Shown here piece by piece: positions 26,500-38,268 of a stretch of DNA of 64,000 nt. Origin of the DNA: Vicugna vicugna. Its lineage: Eukaryota. The translations under genes and the position numbers were made by a program. Location of the stretch: contig MU057666.1 of NCBI GenBank assembly GCA_013265495.1, positions 283,732 through 347,731 on the forward strand, given 5' to 3'. Each line of letters opens with the position of its first letter. Within the stretch, counting starts at the first letter, position 1. A model generated the notes under the pieces. That model did no database searches. It had not been told where the DNA came from and saw only the letters and a list, made by a program, of their open reading frames with translations.

Positions 26500-27032
26500 T
26501 GTGAAGGAAAAGCCCAGCTGGGCTAACAAGCTAAGTCACAAATCTAAGTGTAACAAGTGTCAGATTACTGATCTGATTTCTGCTGGGCTAACTCATAAAT
26601 CTGAAGTTTAGTGTCAGTCTATTGGGCTAACGAGCTCAGTCACAAATCTAAGTGTGATAAGTGTCGGTTTACTGATATAAGTTCTGCCGGGCTAACTTGT
26701 AAATCTAAAGTTTAGTGTCAGTTTACTGGGCTAACAAGCTAACTCGTAAATCCAAGNNNNNNNNNNNNNNNNNNNNNNNNNNNNNNNNNNNNNNNNNNNN
26801 NNNNNNNNNNNNNNNNNNNNNNNNNNNNNNNNNNNNNNNNNNNNNNNNNNNNNNNNNNNNNNNNNNNNNNNNNNNNNNNNNNNNNNNNNNNNNNNNNNNN
26901 NNNNNNNNNNNNNNNNNNNNNNNNNNNNNNNNAGCTTCAGAGGCCCCTCTGAGCCCGTCGGCGTAATAAATCTGAGTACTCCAACCCTCCGAGTGATGCT
27001 TGTTTCTTGGCTGGCCTGTCATTTCCGTAACA
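26500..27032 (+). mobile_element. Young ERV solo LTR, family X copy C, with ~104-bp tandem array; spans an N gap
   Basis: Perfect TG..CA termini; exact TSD ttct (26496-26499 and 27033-27036); AATAAA near 26965; inverted homolog of copies A and B. Confidence 0.9.
26757..26932. other. Assembly gap (N run)
   Basis: N bases. Confidence 1.
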
Positions 27033-27593
27033 TTCTAAATCAACTGAAGTTTAATTCATTATACTTCCTCAGATATTGAGCAACTTGTTATAAATCTGAT
27101 ATGAAACCAAAGAAAAATAATATATTCCTTTATAATCTTAATCTCCTTCTTATATTCCCTTTTTTGGTTAACGTTACCACATCTATTTAGGGAACCAGAC
27201 CAGAAATAAAGAAGCACTTCCATTTCCCAGATCATAAGTACCTTGTAAAATGTATATTTTGAAATAGGTCCTCACTAAATTAAACTAGTTAAATGAATGA
27301 ATAAATAAATAGAAGACCATCTAAGTCTACTACTGGAACTAGATAAAGACTAGAGAAATAGTCTGTCATGTTTTCTAAACTGCCCTAAGAATTTGAGAAT
27401 AAATAGACCCACAAGAAATACTTTCTTTGTCTATGCTACATTTGCTCTCCCTTTTCCCGCCGAATTTAGTGCCACAAGCGGTGGGTGGGGGTGAGGGGTG
27501 GGGGGAAGGCGGGGCTTCCTGAGCGGGGAGGCAGTGGCAGTGGCGTTGGCAGCGGCGGCGGCGTTGGGGGCGGCGGCGGCGGCGGCGGCCTAA

Positions 27594-27603
27594 GCGCATG
27601 CGC
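27594..27603. promoter_or_regulatory. NRF1 binding motif GCGCATGCGC
   Basis: Perfect palindromic NRF1 consensus inside the CpG island. Confidence 0.8.
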
Positions 27604-27953
27604 GCGGACTCCCTTCCCCCCGCCATTGCTGTCGCGCCTGCACAGGCGCGCCGCCACAGCGTCTGAAAACTCCTCTTACCTGCGGAGCAAGCGACTCCAG
27701 GCGGAACTGAGGAGAGCCCGCTCCAACAGTGTGGAGCGCTGGAGCGGACAGGGACCTCTTCCCTTTTAAAAATGTCTCCGCAGAGTATTGTGATTCCAAT
27801 ATGACTTTAATGAAATGTTGTGAAGGACTGGGGGAAAAATGTACTTGCTTTCCATGAAGAAACCACGCAGGAGGAGTGCGGAGAAGGCATGGACGTTTCA
27901 AAGGAGCCAAAACTCTGATGGCCCGTGGGGGAGGATGCGCTGAGCCTGCGAAG
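27600..27953 (+). other. Candidate first exon of a + strand transcript (5' boundary uncertain)
   Basis: Donor GAAG|GTGAGA at 27953/27954 at the island edge, followed by T-rich intron-like sequence. Confidence 0.55.
27680..27770 (-). ncRNA. Candidate first exon of an antisense/divergent transcript (5' boundary uncertain)
   Basis: Near-consensus minus-strand donor CAG|GTAAGA at 27680/27679 inside the island. Confidence 0.4.
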
Positions 27954-30127
27954 GTGAGAAGGTTCTTTTCTATTCTGGGTTCCTTTCTACTTTGTACTAG
28001 ATCTACCCTTATTAAATTATATACGTTTTCAGATGACTCTTTGGAAAGCAAAATCTTACGTTTTAACAAAGTTCATTCTGCTACAAACTCTTATTTTTTA
28101 ATTAGAAGGTACTTCTGACACACTTGTTCCAAAGCTCTCATTAAATACTAGCAGGAAAAGCTTTAACGCCAATCACGCAGAAACTACATGGTTTTGACAA
28201 ATTCTTTTTAATGATCTTGTAAACGTATTAAAAACACAGTTTTCTGGCCAAGAAATGTAAATAAGATGAACCAATTTATACTACGTAAACACATAACATA
28301 ACAATTACATTAAAAATTAAACACCATTAAAATCATTTTTGTTAGTAATGTCCCTTGCACATTGAACTAAAAGAATTCTATGTATTTTTTTTTACCAAAT
28401 GTTTATCACTGTTCATAGATATAAATTAGTAAATCCCTTGATTTAAAACTCTTAATTAAACTTTAGGATATTTTCTTTTAAAGTTTAATATAAAGTGATA
28501 AAAATGTACATATATACAAAGAAAAAGGTAATTAGCTATAATATTGCAATTATAACGCATTTTCTTGGCTCTAATCTAAAAAATATCATGGAATGAAATA
28601 TTTATATCAAAACAGCAACACTTTCCTCCATAATTTATTTCATTAGTTATATTTCATCAGTTACATTTGTGGCTCAGTAATCCAATCTTGAGACATTTTT
28701 TCTAATTTATATATGTAATTTAAGGAGTTTAAAATTTGCCTAGTGCCTATTTCAATACTTGTCATTTTATGAATTGTGAGGTGATATATTTACATGGAAA
28801 GAAAGTTGATGAGTCATTATATTAAAGCCATAATTATAAACCATTAACTTAAAAGTAATAAATATAACTTATTCCTTTGGAAAACTTTAAAAATCACTAA
28901 TGTAGTTTATATGAAAATATTTTATATAGATAGAACTCTTCTGTTCCCTGAGTTGCCTTCTGTAAGTGATGATTTTAAGTTTCTACTCTGTATAACACCG
29001 TACTATCCTTTTAATAGCACAGCAGATGAAATCTATTTTTTTTTATGATTTAGGTTGGCTTAGTTTAGAATCTATTCCTTAGAATTCAGTTATTTGCTTT
29101 GAGAAATTATTTTAACTCTTTGTTTTAGAGCCATATTAAAATACAAGATTACTTCCCACCAGCAATGGAGTAAATTTTTGGTAAATAGAGATCAAGACCC
29201 AATTCTGGTTCCTTTCCTAAGAAAGGCATGTGTTGGATTTTCATTTGAGATTTAGGATAATTTTAAGTACAGAGTAACATCAAACACTGACCTATGAAGG
29301 GGAACTATCCACATGAATGCCAACTTGTATATACAAACACTCCAAAACCTATATTCTGTTTCTAAGTAATTTGACTCACTGTATTCTAGCAGTATGGAAA
29401 TGCCACACAATTTTCTAAGATCGGGAAGTAGTTTAGGTGCTGATAACATTACTTCTCAGAGTCATTACTTGGTATGATCATCTATTTTCTATATCAAATG
29501 AGTAAAAGAATATAAAATAAAAAATCAAGCTTAACGAAAAAAAGTATTACAGTATTTTTCATAGAACTACAGGTGGCCATGGAGTCAGCACTGGAATTCA
29601 CATTGCTGTTTACTTTCTCAAAATACTGACCTCTGCAGTCAAACTCGTAATTCAGTGGAGAAACAAATTTCAGGTAGCTTAGTTTCCCCAATATATTGCT
29701 CCTAGCTGCCATTTGGTTTCACTATATTCTACATGCTAGAAGGAAGGCGTTCATGATAATTGTCCCATTATCCTATATACTGGCTTCTTGATCACTTACA
29801 AAATCTGCATCAAAGACTGCTGAAAATTGGTTGGTGACAGCTTGTCAAGAAGTATTGTGGATTGCTTTATTGAACACTATCATTCATCTTAACATTTGTA
29901 AGTCATGGGGATTGATTTTAAGGTATATGACATTTAGCTTTAGTAGTAGAATGTAAGAGAGAGCCCTTAATTGAAAACACGAATTATTAATTTTAAAGTG
30001 TATTGTGTAAGAAATCGGAGCTAGAATTGAGCAAATCAGTAGCTATTACTAAGGGGGGAAATAAACAAACACCACCACCAGGATGTCATACCCTGCAGTT
30101 CTGGATTCATATCAAATGCTAAAGGTT

Positions 30128-30550
30128 TGTATCAGTCACATTCCCAGTAGGGAACAGATTGCATTGGCAAGTTGGAAATTTGGAGAGAATTTAGTAAAAG
30201 TAATTACAAAGGGATAGCAAGTTACAGCAAAATTTAAGGGGATGATGTAGTAAAGGGGTCACTGTTACTACCCTTAAACTAGGAAAGTAAGGGAAAAATG
30301 AAGTTACAGGAATCAGGAGAGAGCACCTTGACAAGATCTGTGATCATCTTCAATTGAAATACATAGTTGGGTGGTGAAAAAGCTGTGGGGATGGGTTCCA
30401 CAGTTTTCTTCCTCTCTCTAAGCTTCTGCTGGCATTCTTGGCTGGATCCAACTATCAGCCAGACAACAAGGAAGTTTGTTAAACAAGCAGGGTTTGGAAG
30501 GTTAGGAAAGCAGAGAGGCATGGGAAAACATTGAAGAAAGTCTATACACA
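30128..30550. mobile_element. Degraded ERVL-type LTR (LTR33-like)
   Basis: tgtatcagtca..cccagtagggaacaga..ggagagaatttagtaaaag..ttacaaag start motif. Confidence 0.4.
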
Positions 30551-33500
30551 GTAATTTTTGATGGACTGTTTAAAATTATTTCTATAGTTTTAAACCAACT
30601 CTCATAGCCTCCAATGCAAATATAACATGTCTTGATTTATGAAACAATTTAGACTATATTACTGTATTAATCCCTTAAACTTCCTGTGGAATAGAAAGAA
30701 GGTAATACTGATCTCATGTTACAAATGATTAAATGGGCTAGCAAAAAACATATAGGTAGGAAGTGTTAGAACTTGGATTAAGTCACCTTCTACTTTTAAG
30801 CCTAGTATCTTATTTTTATTAGGTTCCAATTATTAAAAATATTTCAGGGTATTTATTTTCTTCCCATAGAACAGTAAATGATTTTTTTTTTTGACACTCT
30901 TAAGCGTCTGCCCTCAGTCAGTCAACTGAGTGGTACATGAAGTCAAGTAACCATTTTGGTTAAACTATCTGAACATAATTGACTATTAATCAATTATGCT
31001 TATGGCTTATAGACTCAATTTTAATAGTGTTAAACTAAAAGACAAAAAGCAATCTGAAATTCAAAAGAATCTCCTTCATCTTCTTGTATAATACTAGAGA
31101 ATTTATTTCTGAAGTATGGTCTAACTTAGTCATTATAGTTATGGTTACATTTTGAGGAAATTATTTAACAGTATATTTGTTTATTTGTTCAGTTCTTCAT
31201 AATACCTAAGTGATCTGTGTGAATTAAGGCAGAATCCTTCACTGGGTTGCATTAAAAGTTGATGGCAGAGATGGTTTACCATTTTGGACTTTTCTTGGTT
31301 AAGGCTACAATTTGTAGTCATCATCACAAGTGTTCTGCAGTCCCACAGTGTGATGACTCAACGTGACCTGGTGGACAGATTATTTGGTTACAAGTAAGAG
31401 CTGGATCCAGTCTGAACTTTGATACTAGCAAGTTATGAGAGAGTGTTAGCTTCTCAATCTATAAAGCACAGTTTTTGAAAAATATGGAGTGGAGTTTTAT
31501 GACCTAAAGATCATTTTCCACCTCAACTGTTCTTTCATTTTAGAATTGCTTACTTGAGTACAAAATATTGAATTAGTGTAAACATGGCAAGTGCTTCCTG
31601 TATGTTGTTTAAAAACAAGTAAAACAAACATTAGTTACAATCCACAATGTGAATTTGGGTCTGATAGTAATTAGTTTCTTTGTTTTGTGTTAATTGAAAT
31701 GTACACTTTCATTGGTATCAGTAGTATAAAAGACTGCTAATTTGATTTCTTTTCATTTTTTTCACTAACTTTAACATATTTCCTTGCAAGAGTAACTATA
31801 CAGTGGCAAAGTAAAGGCCTAATATTTCAACTTGGGTGTGTAAATAAATATATGCAACTTTCTATATATCTTGGTAATTTAGAATAAATATATTATATTA
31901 GATTTCAATTAATCAAAAAGCAAGTAATGTTGAAAGATTAATTCAAGTACTAACCTACACTGTGTTAGTTTTACAAAGGCACAGAGACAGCATTAATAAT
32001 TTTAAAAGTATATTGCTTCTGAAACTAAGCACTTTTAAATTGAACTGGATTTCCAGTAGAGTGCTGACCAGAAGTCATCCTCTTAACACTCCTTCTTAGT
32101 ATCTAATACATCTTAGTGTTAAAACATTTTCAAAAAATATTTACTGATTTTATTAATAGGTAAAATTTAGTTGCATGTAAATATCAAAGCTATTTAATTT
32201 AGTTTGTAGGATTATTTGTAATTATTTCTAACTGGGTCACTCTTTAGAGAGTTGTTATCCATGTAGATATGATAGAGATTGGGAAGCATTTCAAATCAAA
32301 AAGGATAGTGAATGGAGTTTTATTTCTCCTTTAGCCTATGGAACATCCTCTCTGAAGAGGATAGAACTGTCCTAGCTGCCTGTGCTCATCATTTCTCATT
32401 TGGTTGGTTTTCTTTATGGAGAAATCTCATCCTAAATCTCAAATTATGTTTTCAAAGCCATGTGTGAGAGACTCTTACCCCAGAGATTCCGAATACACGA
32501 CTAAGACTCTGATGTCTCTTCTTCATCTCCCTTCAGCTACTCTTTTCAGGATCCCTCAAGCATATGCTTCTTCAAGGGCTTGCTTTCTTTCATGGTATGC
32601 CTTCTGCTCAGAGCATATTCCTCCCCTCTAGTCACATTTAAAACAATTTAATGTTATTTTGTTTTGAAAGTTTTCCTCCAGTATCCTGAGCCCACCTGTC
32701 CCTTCTGTTTCCTAGCCTAAACTCCATCCCAGGAGATAACTATTAGATAAATATTATATTTGTGTTGGTGTCATCCTTATAGTTAAGCTCCATGGGGGTA
32801 TGGATTTTGTTAAATTTGCCATCATTCAGAATAGTGCTTGATACTGATTGAATTTTTTAAATGAGCAAGTGTTTGTCTCTTTTCCTTGAGGCTGTGCTCT
32901 GTCCTCTGTGGAGATACTTTCTTTTATATACTATAGAATTGTTAGGCTACGAGGCTTTAGACAAATACTAGGTAGTTTAACTTTCTGAGTTGATCAAAAA
33001 TAAATTTTCCTGGGGGTGTTTAAGATTATGAAATACATGAGCTATTTGTAAACATGTATCATGCTCCTATTAAAAAAAAACAGAAAAGAAAAAAAAAACC
33101 CTCACAATTATTGAATCCAGAAATACCACAGATGCATTGCAGTTCTGAGGAGACAGTTGTCTTATTTCTAATTATCTTTTTGAAATTCACTAAAGTGAAA
33201 ATGCATGCTTAGTATACCCGTATAATACTTTGAGTTTACGGATGAAATTCTTACGACAGCATTTATTCCTTTTTCCTCATAGACTTCACATCCTTGCAAA
33301 AAATCTGGGGAAAAGTGCTAAGCCATTTGATTTATTCAACTCTGAATTTCTTTGCTTTAGGATTATAAATCAGACTCTTATTGTCACTTTAATGCAGAAA
33401 GGGTTCTTTTGTGTTCATAATATAGATCAAGATGTGATTTAAGTTGAATCTTGTCAAGGTTACTCATTTTTAAACCGTGAGAAGAAACTTGGCTGTAGCC

Positions 33501-36500
33501 CAAAACTAATGGGAGTCATATTTTATAATAAAAATCAATGTGTTAGTAAGAGACTTTGCTCCTCCTTGCAGTCTCCACAAGCATAAATTCTCATCAGTCT
33601 TCACAGCTAATGCATTTTTTGTCAAGTCATAAACACTTTTAAAAAGCATCTACTTAATATTGTGGAAGACAGAAATTCTGATTTTCCAAGGAAGCAGCAA
33701 AAATGGAGATCTTGGAGGAATAAGATATAAGATGCCTGACTATCAAAGGAGTCCCATTTTGAAAAGAGACCAACAGAGAGTAGAGTAGTGTGAACATAAA
33801 ATTGAACAAACTTTCAAACTGAGCATAAAGGGGTGTCATATTGCCAGTGCTTTTCCTCTTCCCCACATTTTACAAAGGGATCCTTCAACTGATCAAATGG
33901 AAAAATATGAAAAGTAATTTACATTGTTCACATCTTCTGCTTAATGACTTTGGAGAAATGAGAGCTAATTTCACTTGTGTTTGCATGTACTGCAGACACC
34001 TCTCACACATTGCTAATAGCTCTTGTAAGGCTACTTGTCTGTAACGTAGAATAGTTATTGATGTGAAACTATAGCAAAAGTTTCAGGAAAGCTAGTTACT
34101 TAAACTTTCAACTTCTTTGACTGCCAGTATGAGAAAGCCTAAGATATAAGTGTAAAATAAAGACAAGTGTGAGCAAATAAGTCAAATGGGGGAAAGTCAC
34201 TTTAAAAGTACTGATTATGTTAAGTCATCTTCCTAGGAAAGCAAGTCAGCTTTATTTACTACATTTATAAATTTAATGAAAAGAAAAGGCTAATTCAATT
34301 TACAACTTTTACTTAAGGAAACTCACTTTGTTCTTCCATTTTTATATAGGATGTGAGATTTCCAAAGGTCTTATATGCCTATGAACTTCCCTTCCCAGGT
34401 TTTCAAAGAATTTCAGCATTTCAAGGACATTCATGTAGCTTTTTAATCTTTAGTTTTGGATTATGCAGCTCCATTATGTTCACATTGTTATTCCTGTCTT
34501 CATGTGCTCCTCCTTCATGAAGGTGTCATAGATGGAGGTGAATAGTATTCTTTGATGTCATTGCGGCTTTCTTCAAGAAATATCAGTGGATTCATAGATG
34601 TGATCTTTCTCCTTTGCTCTATGTGCTCTGCAAAATATGTTATGAAACAGAAATTTTTCTTTTTACTTTCTCCTTGATTTGTGTGATAGTAGTGTTCTTT
34701 ATTTACATGACCAAATTCCAAATGGCACTTAAGCTGCTTTAGACATTGTAATAAAATCTGTCACTTACCTTGTCTCATTTGGTTCTTCACAAATTGGTTT
34801 TTAAGGTGATCAAAGTGTTTTTTAATCTGTTTTCCAGGTGAAAACCCTGAGATTCAGAAAATTTAAGTAAATGGTAAAATTAGGATATTAACATATAGGT
34901 CTTGTAACTCTAGTGGGCTTTTCTGCCTCACAAAGTTAGCTGAAATTACTTTAAAGACATAGTCACCAACTTTTCTTAGGATCATGAACTTAATAACTAA
35001 AGTATCTCTAAGTATCAATAAGAATAATAAGGATAAGTCCTCAAGAGAGAAAGTTAATTCCTACAAAAATGTGCACATGTGCATTGTTATTTTTTCTTGT
35101 TATAAGAGCCATTGTTACAAATAAAATATTATGGTAGAAATAAACTTTATTTTAACTTTTCACCTTACCTTTTCTTGAGCACAACTAGAGATTATATTGA
35201 AGAAAACATTGTTTTAAACAGAGTCTTTTATTTGTAATCTGATAAAAGACACAGTTTCATCTGCTGACAGTCTGTTACTGGGACACATAACGTCACTGTC
35301 CTCATCCTAGGCTGTTATAGTCAGTGTCTTATTTAGGTCATTTCTATTGGAGTTAGTTGCTTATATTACTTAGTAATTTAAAATAATTTAATTTTTATAT
35401 TCTGTAATTCTTTAGACTGTTTTAAATTGACCATTTCTGTTCTTTAAATCAGCACCTATTGTTAAAAATTGTTTTTGTTTTTTGAAAAGAATGTTGCTCT
35501 TTTTGTTTCTAGGTATTTGATAATTTTGTGAATCACTCCATTTAGATCATTTAGTAAAGTGAAAGAATATCATTCATTTCAATTCTGTGTCTTGATTTAA
35601 CCTGTCTTAACATGTATTTGTTGTCTTTTAATATCCTCTCTAAATAATCTCATCCACTCCCAAGGATTCCTCTGCCAGAAAAAGCTGAGAACTGTTGAAT
35701 TTCCATGTCCAACCTAGAAACTGTCCTGACCTGCAGATTATATAGCCAGTTCCCCACTAATCTCTCTACTTAAATGTCTGAAAGATGACTTAGACTAAGA
35801 GACTCATGATCCTTCTCTAAACTCTCAAACTAGCCCCTCCTTAGTTGTTTTCTGTCTCATTCAGTGATAAAACCCAATCTTTGACAGACTTGCTTTAACT
35901 TTCTCTCCATGATGTTCTTTCTCTTATATTCTCTTTGCCCTGAAATTGTGACACAAAGGTTATGACAAGCATGTGAAAATAGCTAGTGACTTATTAATGC
36001 CTGCTGTGACTTGAGAATCACAGAACAGCACAGGGTGGCTCCAGTAATCATCTTTATTTCCGTATATTGCAGCCAATCTCTTGAGCTGTCCAGAAGTGTC
36101 ATATTCCTTCAGTGAAATCAGGTCAGTGTATTAATATGCTCCTCTACTTTGAAGCTCATGGTTACTTGTCAAAGTAACATTTTGCTTATACCAACTTTCC
36201 CTGAATATAAGAATGCATACTCAATTCTTGAAGTTATGTTTCAGGCTCTTTTCCAACACCTAATTTACACATGCATTGAAGTAACAAATAGAATTTTCAT
36301 TTGTTTATATCCATCTGAATAGAATTGAAAAGACAATATTGAAACTTTTTTTTTATGAAGTGGATCTAATAATTAACAACCTCTTTACAATACTAAATTT
36401 TGAATCTTAAAAAAAAAGTTCTTTATATTCCATTTTGGGACATGACTGCCTTTTTCTTCGATCCTTAGTTGCTTTTTTTGTTTTGTTTTGTTTTGTTTTT

Positions 36501-37059
36501 TAGTGGGACTGCCATTTTTGTTGGCTCATGTTTGAGCACATACACAAAGACTGTCCTTGTAGAGCTATAGCATATTTTGTTTTCCTTCCTTTAGAAATTG
36601 AGAGCAAGACATTGTCAATAACAATAGTAATACAGACTTTTGAGAACAAGTCTGTCATTGCACACCATGATGGTATTGAATTTAGAAGATAAATGAGAGG
36701 AATTTGGGGGAACAACATTCCTAAAGCAAAACAATCCTTATCTTTGTAGAAAATAGAAGACAGCAATTAAAATAATATCTTTACCTTCTTTATTTTTGTG
36801 TTTTTGACTCTAGTCTTCTTTCAAAACTATTATCATTTGCCTGATAAAGGTATATATACATTTTGATTCTGACTTTTTTTCTGGGATAAAATTTTTGTTC
36901 ACTATTACTGTTTTTTAACATCTATATTACTATTAGGAATTTTGATTGTACTAATGTGAAATAGGTTAAGAGAACAAATCATTTATCCATGTCTTATCTT
37001 TCACTCAAATTATAATGAAACAAACTGATAATGTCATGTTTCAGTATATAGTTATTAAT

Positions 37060-37230
37060 AAAAGTAGCAATAATATTTAAATTTATTGTTTTACCATGCA
37101 GAAAGCATTATCCTAAGTACTTTTTATATACTATTTCCTTTTATCTTCACAACAAATCCTGACAGGGTTTTATGATTATTCCAATTTTTCAGATAAAAAA
37201 ACTGATTATTTCAGAAATTAAATAATTTAT
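37060..37230 (-). mobile_element. MIR fragment
   Basis: tcttcacaacaa..attattccaatttttcagataaaaaaactga..aaattaaataattt. Confidence 0.7.
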
Positions 37231-37673
37231 ATATATATATGTATATATTTACATATATATATAATGTGTGTATATATAAGTAGTTAATAGAAGGTTAACA
37301 TTCTAATATTACAGAACAACCCAGAATTTATAATCATGTTTATCTCTGCTTGGCACCCATGTGACTCTTAAGCATTTGAAGACTTTCACTCTCCCTTAAG
37401 TATGCTGTATCCTAAAAGCCTGAAAACTACTTATTCCAAGCCAAGAAAATAGAATGGTTTGAATTCCATGGTAAATATGCATTAACACTGACTTAATATC
37501 TCTGTAAAGTTTTATATTATGACTGAAAATAGCTGTCTTCTGAAAAAAATGATACATCTTAAGCATATTAAGTTCACACAACCAAAGATCTGTTGAGACA
37601 CTGGTGAGGGAATCAAATAATACATCTACATATTTTGTGTCCTGTGACCCTCTTATAATCACACATAGTAGGA

Positions 37674-37675
<2 letters not shown>

Positions 37676-37716
<41 letters not shown>
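37676..37716. repeat. (CA)n microsatellite, about 20 units
   Basis: Directly visible. Confidence 0.97.
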
Positions 37717-37719
<3 letters not shown>

Positions 37720-38245
37720 TTTGTAAAATACAAAAAAAAACAGGGTTCTCAGAGATCAGGTTGCTTAGTGCTAACACTTTAACACTTTGATGATAGAGAA
37801 CCTCAGATTAATATCTTATCCACAAACTGAAATGTTAGCACATTATTTAGTATGGTCTTTAATGGTAGTATTTAATTAAAACAGAATTACAGAAGAGTGA
37901 CCGGAATTTAACTGTTCCTAAAATAATGTGCTTTGCTGTGAATATGAATTGAGTCCCTTTGTCCTTTGTATAAAAACTATTCCACAAAATGAATGTTCAC
38001 CTTCCATGTGGCAATTTGTTGTGGTTTATTTGCAGCACACCCACACGTGGAAGATGATTCTCTCTTTATTTTCTTTAAATCACTGTCATATGCCAATGTT
38101 CTATTGGCTAGCCACCAGAAAATGTGTGTGATACACAAAGAGAATTTCTTAACCAAAGTTCTGGAGACAGATCTGGATTGAATGACCTTAAACAAGTCTC
38201 TGTTTATCTAATTAGAGAGCTGTGTGAAGATTAAATGGACACAAA

Positions 38246-38268
38246 ACACACACACACACACACACACA
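38246..38268. repeat. (CA)n microsatellite within a MIR remnant
   Basis: Directly visible; flanks gaagattaaatg..catagtaagtactcagtaagtgttaacta are MIR-like. Confidence 0.9.

Larger units (their letters stand above)
27455..27960. promoter_or_regulatory. CpG-island promoter, probably bidirectional; gene not identified
   Basis: Only GC- and CpG-rich island in the window. GC box, (GGC)7 at 27569-27589, GCGCATGCGC, GGCGCGCC, and splice donors on both strands. Confidence 0.88.

Noticed and set aside
26520..26756. Regularly recurring gggctaac motifs resembling a CRISPR array or telomere-like repeats
   Set aside because: Whole ~104-bp units are duplicated with no unique spacers, inside a TSD-bounded LTR in mammalian DNA; no cas genes.
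27375..28118. Overlapping Gly/Pro/Arg-rich ORFs on both strands
   Set aside because: Expected by-product of stop-poor GC-rich island sequence and the GGC repeat; several run through apparent splice donors.
33398..33410. 13-mer aaagggttctttt identical to the L1 flank at 43830-43842, a possible TSD of a 7-kb transduction
   Set aside because: No poly-T tail follows 33410 and the match does not extend; treated as chance.
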